DNA of 63,931 bases, filler included, from Octopus bimaculoides (Eukaryota), in the NCBI RefSeq assembly GCF_001194135.2. It is 6 parts of 5 records of this genome, joined end to end, with 100 filler letters (N's around TTAATTAATTAA, not from the genome) between each part and the next. Parts side by side here need not be neighbours in the genome. Positions count along the whole stretch, not along the records: positions 25,961 to 38,380 come from NC_068985.1; positions 38,481 to 48,742 come from NC_068981.1; positions 48,843 to 54,265 come from NC_068984.1; 3 more parts are not named here. One strand, written 5' to 3'. The position numbers were made by a program, and so were the translations under genes. Positions 37,518-49,480 of the stretch are shown here, in pieces; within the stretch, counting starts at the first letter, position 1, and each line of letters opens with the position of its first letter. The notes beneath the pieces are model-generated. The model had not been told where the DNA came from. It saw nothing but the letters and a program-made list of their open reading frames with translations, and searched no databases.

Positions 37518-37597
37518 ACCCCTTAACAAGTTAGATAAAAAAACTTTGGGGTAAGTATGAAGAATTTATACACTACTATAACTATTGGCTGGTGCCT

Positions 37598-37628
<31 letters not shown>

Positions 37629-38499
37629 TAATGAGTATATGCATATATACATACATGTATGTACATACCTACATCTACCTGTATATATAGATGCATATCT
37701 GGGTACAGGACGTTGCAAACAAAACGTAGACAAATGATAAACAGAGTACAGAAAACACACAGGCCACATAGAGAACATTTCCTTCATCAGCTGCCTCCAT
37801 TCTAACACTGGCGTTTCAAAGAGTTAGGGCAGGACGCATCGATAAAATGGCTCTTCCCACAGACCTTAAATTAAATTTGTACCATAGAGGAATGTAGTGG
37901 CGGACAGAAAACAAGACAGGAAAATGAAACAGTGAAAATAAACAGAAAAGGCTAGACGGGCAGACGTGAAAAAATATGTGTATATTGAACGCTGTGAAGC
38001 AATGAACTGGAAGGAAGTGGGATGAGGAATGTTTGTGTGCGTGCTTAGCAATAGCTAAGGAAGAAAGGAAGTAGGGCTGGACACATGTGACCAGCGAGGG
38101 GTAAGGAGAAAGAGTGGTACAGGGAGAAAAAAGGGGAGGAAGTAGAAAATAGGTGAGCAACGAGAGACAGGGAGGAAGAGAGAGATATAGTAGTAACAGA
38201 AGGAAGAACGAGAGGGGGAAAAAGATACAAAGATAGATAGAGTCACGTCAGACTCTGATATATATCTGAAAGTCTCCCTCTTTTGTGCGTATATATATGT
38301 ACATATTATGTATTTCATACCCAAACTATTATATTTAATATAATTAATGTACCTAATTTGTTTATCTGCATAATTGCCTCNNNNNNNNNNNNNNNNNNNN
38401 NNNNNNNNNNNNNNNNNNNNNNNNTTAATTAATTAANNNNNNNNNNNNNNNNNNNNNNNNNNNNNNNNNNNNNNNNNNNNATATATATATATATATATA

Positions 38500-39260
38500 T
38501 ATTCATTTATTCATTTCACTCGGTCCACATTGTGCCGTGTGGAACTTGAGACGACATCAAAATCATTCCATCTAATACTGGAATCGTCCTTGTTTCATTA
38601 TTAACCCTCTACTTTTAAGATCTTTTGTTATCGTTGTCCGTCACGTTTCCGTTGGTTGGCCACGTTCTCTTTAAACCTTCTGGAAACCATTGCAAAGCGA
38701 TCCTGGCGATTGAGTTAGGTTTATAGCGACAACACGATCCGGCCATTTCTATCTCCTTACTTCAATAGTTTCTCTTATTGGTTTCACGTTATCCTTGGTG
38801 TTTATTTGGCTAGTCGTGATCATATACGGCCAGTAGACTTCCAAAATCTTTCGTAAACATCTATTTTGAAATACCTCCAATTTTTTTTCGATACTTTTGG
38901 TTGTTTTCCAACTTTCAGATCCCTAGTGGAGAATGCAAAGTATGTTGTTTTTGTAAAATTTTATTTTGGTGCCCTTACTGAGAACTGATGATTTCCATAT
39001 TGAGTTTAACATACCAAATAATTGTTTGGTTTTACTGATAGTTGTATTTATTTCATGAATGCTGTCTCCGTCCATTGTTATTTTGGAACCTAGATAGTTA
39101 AATTCGTCAACATTTGCGATTGGCTTCTCGTCCAAGGTCACATGGATAGCATTTGTTATATTTTTACAGAGTGTACGTTTTTTCTCGTTGATGTTGAGAC
39201 CTGTGGTGTTGGCTATTTGTCTAAGTCTTTCAGATTTGTCTTATAACTATTGAGGCGTGT
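38500..39260 (-). mobile_element. 5'-truncated RTE-clade LINE 3' portion (different subfamily from 55045)
   Basis: LDEKPIANVDEFNYLGSKITMDGDSIHEINTTISK...FGMLNSIWKS...TKIKFY; ends in a (TGAA)-like tail at ~38500. Confidence 0.85.
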
Positions 39261-41294
39261 ATAAAAACATATAAATGCCGTCCTCCTAACGCAAATTTTC
39301 TAGTTGAGTTGTGTTCCATTTATACGTCGCTTATATTCTTCTATCGTTCTTTGCATCAACCATTTCACTTAAAAAAAGACACACAGTTAGATACATTCAT
39401 ATATACGTAAAGGTATGCATATACATCCGTGTGTGTGCATATATATATATNNNNNNNNNNNNNNNNNNNNNNNNNNNNNNNNNNNNNNNNNNNNNNNNNN
39501 NNNNNNNNNNNNNNNNNNNNNNNNNNNNNNNNNNNNNNNNNNNNNNNNNNNNNNNNNNNNNNNNNNNNNNNNNNNNNNNNNNNNNNNNNNNNNNNNNNNN
39601 NNNNNNNNNNNNNNNNNNNNNNNNNNNNNNNNNNNNNNNNNNNNNNNNNNNNNNNNNNNNNNNNNNNNNNNNNNNNNNNNNNNNNNNNNNNNNNNNNNNN
39701 NNNNNNNNNNNNNNNNNNGTGTGTGTGTGTGTGTGTATGTGTGTGTGTGTGTGTGTGTGTGGACACATGTATTGAACTACCTGTTAAGTTTAATTTAAGC
39801 AACGTAGTACGGATAAAGTGAAATTACGTGGGAAAACTAATTTATTACTATAAAATAGATATCAGCTATCTGTATGAAACGGTCGACATTGATCAAGATA
39901 TTACATGATTATTTGTATTGCTATTTCATTGGTGAGACTATCACCAGTTTCAAAAAGCCAAGTTTACAAATAACAGCCAGAAATACTATTTAAATAAAAC
40001 AATAATAAACAAATGAAAGAAGGGAAATCAACCTCATGAAGATAGAAGAAAAAATTCCCAGGTCGATTTAGTTTGAGGTGTTGAGAATTGTAGTTTGTGA
40101 CATTGCATATGTTCTAAGCTATAGGTTTCTATGATGTCAGTTATATGTATTTATGTTGTAATGTAGAAAATATATAACCATTGAAGAAACAGTATGTAAG
40201 AGAGCAATTGAATGAGATGATATTATATTAGGGCAATAGGTAACGTGCAAGTATTAGTATATTATATATCTTATGTTCTTCCTGTAGTTTGATAACCTTC
40301 AAATTATACAAAAATCTCGATGCATATGAGTACCAATGTAGTATGGTTGCTATACATACATATATACATATATAAACAGACATAAGCACAAATGAACGCA
40401 GGGGCGAACACACACACACATGCACGCACACACGCACGCGTTTACACACATACACATATATACGTATATATATATATATATATATNNNNNNNNNNNNNNN
40501 NNNNNNNNNNNNNNNNNNNNNNNNNNNNNNNNNNNNNNNNNNNNNNNNNNNNNNNNNNNNNNNNNNNNNNNNNNNNNNNNNNNNNNNNNNNNNNNNNNNN
40601 NNNNNNNNNNNNNNNNNNNNNNNNNNNNNNNNNNNNNNNNNNNNNNNNNNNNNNNNNNNNNNNNNNNNNNNNNNNNNNNNNNNNNNNNNNNNNNNNNNNN
40701 NNNNNNNNNNNNNNNNNNNNNNNNNNNNNNNNNNNNNNNNNNNNNNNNNNNNNNNNNNNNNNNNNNNNNNNNNNNNNNNNNNNNNNNNNNNNNNNNNNNN
40801 NNNNNNNNNNNNNNNNNNNNNNNNNNNNNNNNNNNNNNNNNNNNNNNNNNNNNNNNNNNNNNNNNNNNNNNNNNNNNNNNNNNNNNNNNNNNNNNNNNNN
40901 NNNNNNNNNNNNNNNNNNNNNNNNNNNNNNNNNNNNNNNNNNNNNNNNNNNNNNNNNNNNNNNNNNNNNNNNNNNNNNNNNNNNNNNNNNNNNNNNNNNN
41001 NNNNNNNNNNNNNNNNNNNNNNNNNNNNNNNNNNNNNNNNNNNNNNNNNNNNNNNNNNNNNNNNNNNNNNNNNNNNNNNNNNNNNNNNNNNNNNNNNNNN
41101 NNNNNNNNNNNNNNNNNNNNNNNNNNNNNNNNNNNNNNNNNNNNNNNNNNNNNNNNNNNNNNNNNNNNNNNNNNNNNNNNNNNNNNNNNNNNNNNNNNNN
41201 NNNNNNNNNNNNNNNNNNNNNNNCTACACATGTGTATACATATACATGTATGCATATAGATCTATATCTACATATATATATCTATGCATATACG

Positions 41295-41328
41295 TGTACA
41301 TATACATGTATATGTATACATATACATC

Positions 41329-41363
<35 letters not shown>

Positions 41364-41565
41364 CTCTTTCTCTCTTTCTCTCTCTCTGAAAGTATCTGTC
41401 ATTACAGTATCGAAATGTGATTGTTTCAGTTAGTGGAATAACGTGTACATATACATCTATATGTATACATATACATCTCTCTCTCTCTCTTTCTCTCTTT
41501 CTCTCTCTCTCTGAAAGTATCTGTCATTACAGTATCGAAACGTGATTGTTTCAGTTAGTAGAATA
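41295..41565. repeat. Local tandem duplication (two copies, ~125-145 bp)
   Basis: CTCTGAAAGTATCTGTCATTACAGTATCGAAA(T/C)GTGATTGTTTCAGTTAGT at ~41385 and ~41510, each preceded by (CT)n. Confidence 0.9.
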
Positions 41566-41569
41566 GTTT

Positions 41570-41800
41570 CATCTTTGTTTACTTTTGACACGTAATACTT
41601 AAATAGTGGAGGAGATATTATGTTGCCGTGGGCTCGAACTCTGCAAGAAGTTAAAATTTCTTTTGACTAAAACACAACTGGAACCCTAAGTAAGGCATCT
41701 GTAAAATTTGAATGAAATTGATTGCGTAGTTCTCGAGTTTTAGGGATTCACACAGACAGACAGACAGGCAGACACACATTCTCATTTATATATATATAGA
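41570..41800 (+). mobile_element. Possible non-autonomous Helitron-like 3' end
   Basis: (ACAG)n followed by TTCTCATTTATATATATATAGAT, a layout seen in microsatellite-bearing Helitron derivatives; inference only. Confidence 0.3.
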
Positions 41801-42959
41801 TGAAAGACAGAAGCTGGAATATACGATAATATATATCTATGTACGATGAGTATATGGGGATCAATTATCCAGACGGGTACCGTAAGACCTCACAGGTACA
41901 AATCATGGTAACGGCTTATCACATGAAATAGTAGCAAGTACCAAGAATCGCTCATGGTGAACAGTTCCATTGTAATTTTTTTATGGGTATATCTAGGTTC
42001 ACTTCTCGGAATTTCGAATATTTACAGGATAAAAAAATCCCAAATAATTAATTAGTATACTGAGACTGGTACATTTTCAAATTTTTCTTTTAATTTAACT
42101 GTTAATTAAACAGCATAATAGGTTGGCTAAAATGACTGACCCCTGTTTCTGCCGCATAGAGTATGTTTATTTGCGTATGCAACTCACAGTACTCCGCTAT
42201 GCACCTTCATTCACGGTCTTTTCACAAGCGTGGTCTGAAGTGAACTGAATTCATTTACGAGTGGTTAGCTTATTTCTTTGTTTTTCTATGATTAAGATAC
42301 GAAAAGAAAGTGAAGGGGAGATGTTGAAACCTGATATGGCTATAGAATTAATTTGTATCTAATCTCATGTCAAACCTTAGTTTAAGATCGAGACTGAGAG
42401 TTCTATACACTTAATTCGGTCAAAGTACATTTTAGAGCTCTAATATAGCTTCATTCATGCATTAATAGATACTGAATAATATTAAATCATTTTAAATTAA
42501 AGGAATTGAAGGAATTATGTCATAAATAAGGTGGTGTTCACTAAAAATATTTCATGAGACAAGACTTTACCTCGGAAATGACCTAATATAGTGTATAATT
42601 TGTCTTCGAAGCAATGTTAACATAAGGTCAGATACAAAGTGAATTTCATAGCCAAATCAAGATTCAATATCTCTCCTTCGCTTTCCTTTCGTATCTTAAA
42701 CCATAGTAAAATAAAGAAATAAGCAAGCCACGCATAAATAAATTCAGTTTGCTTCGGACCAGTCTTGTAGAAATACTCCAAATGAAAATGCCTAGCAAAG
42801 TATTGCGGGTTACATACGTCTATGGATATACTCTATGCAGCACGTGTCGGTCATTTTAACGAATTGATTATGTTGAATAATTAAATGATAAATTAACCGA
42901 AAAATTTTGAGATGTACCATGTTTGTTTGTTTGTACATGTGTATGCATGTATGTATGTA

Positions 42960-43090
42960 TGTATGTATGACTGGTTCATTCTGATTCAGGCTACCAAATC
43001 CTCTTTGGTCGACTCAGGGCTATAGAAAAAGACACTTGCCTAAAGTGTCACGAAATGGGTTTCAGTCCGAAACCATGTGGTTGGGAGGCA
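42960..43090 (-). mobile_element. Diverged SINE family B
   Basis: GACACTTGCCTAAAGTGTCACG...CCGAAACCATGTGGTTGGGAGGCAAAC..TTAC..CACAGCC. Confidence 0.7.
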
Positions 43091-44699
43091 AACTTTTTAC
43101 TTCACAGCCATACCTAAACTTATATATCTATCTATCTATATATATATATATATATATATACCCTCATACAGAAAAATGAAATATGAGTAACACAAAATGA
43201 ACATGTTTTTAACGAGTTACAAGTTGCGTATTTATTCAGATATGCATGAAGGTAAAGCTGTTCTACATTCTTTGTACATGGACACATGCATAAATACATT
43301 CTTACAGATATAGAACTCGTATTAACGTTTATACAGATATTTACTAAATATCGCTTTACATCTTTTTAATAGTATATCTGATTGTCTACATACGTCGTTT
43401 CGATGAATATCTCGATGAAAAGAATAACTCCAATTAGTTAAAATCGCTTTTTCAGAAGTTAATCTTTGTTGCTCACACTCTTCTCTAAACTACGTAAAAC
43501 ACTATATATTTCATCACACTCTCGCCTCTCCATCTGTACGCTCTGCTGTAGTCTGATTCTTTTATTGATCTGAAAATGTATTTTAACAGATGAATACTTG
43601 ACAATGCATTGAAAGTGGTGAATGGTGTCTTTTATCTGCAACCTATATTGTCATTTTTGTATCTTTTGTATCTTCACAATTTAATTTATTTGCTTACAGA
43701 ATTTGTCGCTTCTTTTTCTCCTCTTCCTCCTCTCCTCTTCCTCCTCCCCTTCCTCTTCCTCTTACTCCTCTGCCTCCTCCCCCTCCTCCTTCCCCTCTTC
43801 CACCTCCACTTCCACCTCCTCCTCNNNNNNNNNNNNNNNNNNNNNNNNNNNNNNNNNNNNNNNNNNNNNNNNNNNNNNNNNNNNNNNNNNNNNNNNNNNN
43901 NNNNNNNNNNNNNNNNNNNNNNNNNNNNNNNNNNNNNNNNNNNNNNNNNNNNNNNNNNNNNNNNNNNNNNNNNNNNNNNNNNNNNNNNNNNNNNNNNNNN
44001 NNNNNNNNNNNNNNNNNNNNNNNNNNNNNNNNNNNNNNNNNNNNNNNNNNNNNNNNNNNNNNNNNNNNNNNNNNNNNNNNNNNNNNNNNNNNNNNNNNNN
44101 NNNNNNNNNNNNNNNNNNNNNNNNNNNNNNNNNNNNNNNNNNNNNNNNNNNNNNNNNNNNNNNNNNNNNNNNNNNNNNNNNNNNNNNNNNNNNNNNNNNN
44201 NNNNNNNNNNNNNNNNNNNNNNNNNNNNNNNNNNNNNNNNNNNNNNNNNNNNNNNNNNNNNNNNNNNNNNNNNNNNNNNNNNNNNNNNNNNNNNNNNNNN
44301 NNNNNNNNNNNNNNNNNNNNNNNNNNNNNNNNNNNNNNNTATATATATATATATATATTTATATACATATTCAAAATTACATCACACCATCAGTGTGCAA
44401 ACTATTCAGGCATAAACAAATACACATAAATACATACAATGTAGGTGAATTCTTACAATTCAGACGTACATACAGGTCTATATATACTCGGTGTTTAAAG
44501 AAGAATACTGCAAACAGTTTAGACATAATATAACTGTACATATTCATATTTCACATAATCATACGAGGAATGCACTTGCATACTATCACTTGCATTCGCT
44601 CACAAACATATAGATATTTGTAGACACAATCGTACATGTTTAAATACATATAGATAAGAATTATATACATATATGTGTGTTGTGTGTGTGTGCCCGTAC

Positions 44700-44730
<31 letters not shown>

Positions 44731-46224
44731 TGTGTTTGTGTCTGTGTGTGTGTATGTGTGGTGTGTGTAACCAAATACACAACGACCAATCGAACATACT
44801 GAAGAGTATTACTTGACTCAATTAATGGGTGAAGCTTTCGCAATTGTATTATTTAGTTCAAATAATTGGCTACGACAAGCTATCATAAACCTACTTCATA
44901 AATTTAGTTTGCTAGTAACATCATTAATTTACTGTACTAACTCAGCAATGTTAAATAGCTACATTATAACATAGGGTTTGCCTTGATTGTGGACTTGTGT
45001 TTAAAGGCTATTAGTAGTAATCATTCAGTTTATATTTTTCTTTGACGATACAACATACGACTACGTAATTCCAACTATGTTAAGTTTCTTGGAAAAAGCA
45101 AAGCACTATAAAACAAACTACGCATAATTCCAGCCGCCATCTTACCATCACTTATAGACCCAGAAAACCAGGTGTACAATTGTCGATGATCTCTTGGCTT
45201 TATTTCGAAATAATTCGATAAGAATTATTTCCTTGTGTTTTCTACTGCTGGTGTTATAATTTAACTCTAGATCAGATCTACTCAAGCAGTACTATAACAC
45301 ACACTTCACACTAATGTTGTACAATGCTGATAAACCTATTTGATATATATTATTGTCAAATATAAAGTATTACAAATCAGGTTGATCTGTCTCTGATAAA
45401 GTTCAAACCCCATCTGCCTTTTTTTTTTTAGCAACATTGCTCCTATTTTTTAACCGCAAAAATTCAACGTCCATCTGATTGGTTTTTTAATCTGAAATCT
45501 AGCAATATGTTCATGGCTGCTGTTCTCTGAAACATTCTCTCCTTAGGAATTTTCTTACCGTTATTAATCAAGTTGCTCACCCTTCTGCTTAATCTAATCT
45601 TTTCCCTGAAGTTTATTGCTACGATCATCTATCTTATAGAGCAGTCTTCTACATGCTTCTAAATATATATATATATATATATATATACTTCTACTTCTTC
45701 TCAATCTTTTGATGTATTGATGGGTTTTTTTACTGCTAGTTGATTGACATTTCTTATATATGCATGTAATACATAAGAAATGTTAAGCAACTAGCATATA
45801 CTTATATATGTGTAAATACCTTGGGAGGAATTTATAAATATTTTAATGAATCGCTATGCGTGTGAGATAAACAACCGTGAGTTAAACATCCATTAATGCT
45901 ATATCACGTGAAGAAATGAATCCATGGAGATGAACAACCCGATGCCCGCGGATACTTCGGACTACACTAGAATCAACCCAAGAATACGGACTGTGAACTT
46001 AAGAGACGTGATTTGTGGAAACGCGCGTAGCGATGCATTAAATATTTATAAATTCCATCTAGGGATTATTGTTATTGTTACTGTATTTATCCTACATTAT
46101 ATCATACAGCTCGATGCAATACCCACAACACTGATTCCCAGTCAAGTGCATTAGACTGTAGCCAGCATAATGGAATAGGAGGTTTATTTGCATATTCAAA
46201 AATTTCCGTAAACAAATTTAAAAG

Positions 46225-46288
<64 letters not shown>

Positions 46289-46309
46289 TCGCCATAATAG
46301 ATCCCTAGC

Positions 46310-46500
46310 AACTAAACCTTTCTATCTCTCCCAGTTTATTGGTGTGTTCCTTTCTGTCGAGAAGCGTAGGCTCGAAACGTAAAAGACTTTCTCACTTCCC
46401 GAGCGTTAAACTAATACATCTGAGTGTTGTTCACACACCCGTCTTCCTCTTTTGTTGTTGTTGTATTTTTTTACTGGTAAATTCTCCACAGAAGGAAAGT
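46310..46500 (+). mobile_element. Penelope-like pLTR fragment containing a hammerhead-like motif with a variant core
   Basis: CTTT-CTGTCGA-GAAGCGTAGGCTC-GAAAC-GTA-AAAG at 46350-46385. Confidence 0.55.
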
Positions 46501-46611
46501 TGTAATCCAATTTGGAATTCACTTCAGAGGACATGTAATTGTATCCGTATGTCGACGAATAGTGTTGTCAATAGAAACAAGTACTTCAATGCATCAGTAA
46601 ATACCATTTTA

Positions 46612-46908
46612 GACAGCAAGTGGCTTAATGGCTAGGAGTATTCATGAGTTTGTGAGTTCGTGAATTCCCAGTGCGTGTTGTGACCTTGAGCGAGACGCTT
46701 TATTTCAAGCTTATCCAGTCGACTAAGCTAGCAAAACTGAATTGTACCTTCACAGCAAAGGGCCGGTCTTGTTACATTCGGAGTGTCAAGCTGAATCTTT
46801 CTTAGAACTACATGAGGGGTACATGTGTTTTGCACCTTAATTTCACGAGCACACTTTACCAATGATCGGATCAACTGGAACACTTGTCACCGTAATTGAC
46901 GGAGAGCC
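46612..46908 (+). mobile_element. Diverged SINE family C
   Basis: TGGCTTAATGGCT...TGTGACCTTGAGCGAGACGCTTTATTTC...TTAATTTCACGAGC...GATCGGATCAACTGGAAC. Confidence 0.78.
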
Positions 46909-46988
<80 letters not shown>

Positions 46989-47680
46989 NNNNNNNNNNNN
47001 NNNNNNNNNNNNNNNNNNNNNNNNNNNNNNNNNNNNNNNNNNNNNNNNNNNNNNNNNNNNNNNNNNNNNNNNNNNNNNNNNNNNNNNNNNNNNNNNNNNN
47101 NNNNNNNNNNNNNNNNNNNNNNNNNNNNNNNNNNNNNNNNNNNNNNNNNNNNNNNNNNNNNNNNNNNNNNNNNNNNNNNNNNNNNNNNNNNNNNNNNNNN
47201 NNNNNNNNNNNNNNNNNNNNNNNNNNNNNNNNNNNNNNNNNNNNNNNNNNNNNNNNNNNNNNNNNNNNNNNNNNNNNNNNNNNNNNNNNNNNNNNNNNNN
47301 NNNNNNNNNNNNNNNNNNNNNNNNNNNNNNNNNNNNNNNNNNNNNNNNNNNNNNNNNNNNNNNNNNNNNNNNNNNNNNNNNNNNNNNNNNNNNNNNNNNN
47401 NNNNNNNNNNNNNNNNNNNNNNNNNNNNNNNNNNNNNNNNNNNNNNNNNNNNNNNNNNNNNNNNNNNNNNNNNNNNNNNNNNNNNNNNNNNNNNNNNNNN
47501 NNNNNNNNNNNNNNNNNNNNNNNNNNNNNNNNNNNNNNNNNNNNNNNNNNNNNNNNNNNNNNNNNNNNNNNNNNNNNNNNNNNNNNNNNNNNNNNNNNNN
47601 NNNNNNNNNNNNNNNNNNNNNNNNNNNNNNNNNNNNNNNNNNNNNNNNNNNNNNNNNNNNNNNNNNNNNNNNNNNNNNNN

Positions 47681-47733
<53 letters not shown>

Positions 47734-48929
47734 GCGTATGTATGTATGTATGTATGTATGCATGTATGTTGTAATGGAATGACTGGAAAATAATTGCAAG
47801 GATAGACAGAGTGAAACGGAAAAGTAAATGACCCTGTGTCCGCATACCTTCAAAATATCATTGCGAAAGCCATGCCCGAAAAGCCTGATATGCAAGGGTA
47901 CACCGATGATACGCGCCCTTCGTCCACCACTGTAGGCATACAGACAGGGGAAAGGGCTGAGAAGGTAAAAAAAAAAGAAAAACAAACGAAAGACGAAGAA
48001 AGCTTCCAAAAGTAACGAAGATCAGGGAGAAAGAGTGTAAGAAATGGGAAAAGGAGAATAAACGAAAAGTGTGTCCAAGGTAAACCATGAGAAAAATCAA
48101 CTTCCAAAGTAAAAAATAAAACAAATGCTAGAGAAAAATGGATTTTCCAAAATGTGAACAAGAGAAATGAGGTACAAAAGTGGTAATATGCTGATTTTAC
48201 CTGCAAGGAAACTACTGGCGACAATGCTTACAACTAGAGTTTTTGCACATCTCAAACACTACCAAAGTGAGTGGGCCTCAACCAGACAGAGCACAAAGAG
48301 AAGTCTGGCACAAGAAAAAAGAAAACAAAATCACAACCAGCTTCAACCACATGTTAAAAGGCAGCAGCTGTATAAAAAAAAAAGTCTTTTGAGCATTATA
48401 GAAAAGATGGTGCAGCAACTGAACCGACTAGGTCAAGATCACATTTGGAAATAACAGTAGAATCTTACGATTGAATTATTTAAACGAGCCCGAGGAGGTG
48501 CATTTTACAACTTCGATGGGGAATGGAATGGATGTTAAGGATTACACATCTCATCAATGTACTATAAGTACAAAAATGTGCCGAAACAAATGCAGCGAAT
48601 ATCGCATGAATATCGTTTATCCCATTTTCTATCATTAAATTGTGTATGTGTATATATATATATAAATATACATTTATCTAATAAATAACATGCATATATT
48701 TGATAAATGTAGTTTGTTGATGTGGCTTAATCTTGGGGATACNNNNNNNNNNNNNNNNNNNNNNNNNNNNNNNNNNNNNNNNNNNNTTAATTAATTAANN
48801 NNNNNNNNNNNNNNNNNNNNNNNNNNNNNNNNNNNNNNNNNNACATATCAGTATAAGGTGGCTGTCTACTCCTTATGCAGAGTTTGACCATCTCCTGTAC
48901 CTACATCTTTGAACTGTCGTGGTACCAGA

Positions 48930-49120
48930 TGCGGCTTTTAAAACCAGACAATGTTTCGAAAAGACACTCACATAGATTGCATATTCGATTTGGTCCACCA
49001 AGAGCTGCAAATAAGTTCTGATCTTTGTGGATCTTAAAATGTCTTTTGAGGCCTCCGTTAGATTTTCAGACCTTCTGGCATACATTGCATTGAAAGGTGT
49101 GCACAGACATATAGGCAGAA
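48930..49120 (+). mobile_element. Highly decayed LINE RT fragment
   Basis: QTMFRKDTHIDCIFDL...VLIFVDLKMSFEAS resembles QxGFRxxxSxxDxIF...FVDLxKAFDS; 47780-48460 may belong to it. Confidence 0.4.
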
Positions 49121-49149
49121 TAGTTGGTGGAGGTTCATTTTCCATGGGT

Positions 49150-49480
49150 TCGCTAATGAGATTTGAGTCCAGCAAAAGAAAGGCATAGTCTAAAAATGTC
49201 ATTGTGATTCACCTTTTCGGTCGTAACATTCTTCCTTAACTCTCTCTTGAATCTTGCATGCGTTATCCTGGCCTCTTCAAACGCTTTTACTCAACTCCAC
49301 ACTTTTGTTCACCATCCAGCTCGATCCGAAGCAAGGTTTTCTATGTCTTCTGGATCCATTCCAAGTGACTTCATATTAGTCCTTAAACCTCAGTGTTATC
49401 TTATGTACAGCTGTACGACTTATCACCACCAGATGTCTTCTGCGATGTCACAACATTTGAAGAAAAATCTTGGGAAGACA
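49150..49480 (-). mobile_element. RTE-BovB-like ORF C-terminal fragment
   Basis: NMKSLGMDPEDIENLASDRAGW...VKAFEEARITHARFKRELRK. Confidence 0.65.

Noticed and set aside
37770-37835. Minus-strand GAAACGCC...CTGATGAAGG resembling a permuted hammerhead
   Set aside because: I could not form stems I and II, and the cleavage triplet is GCC; probably a repeat remnant
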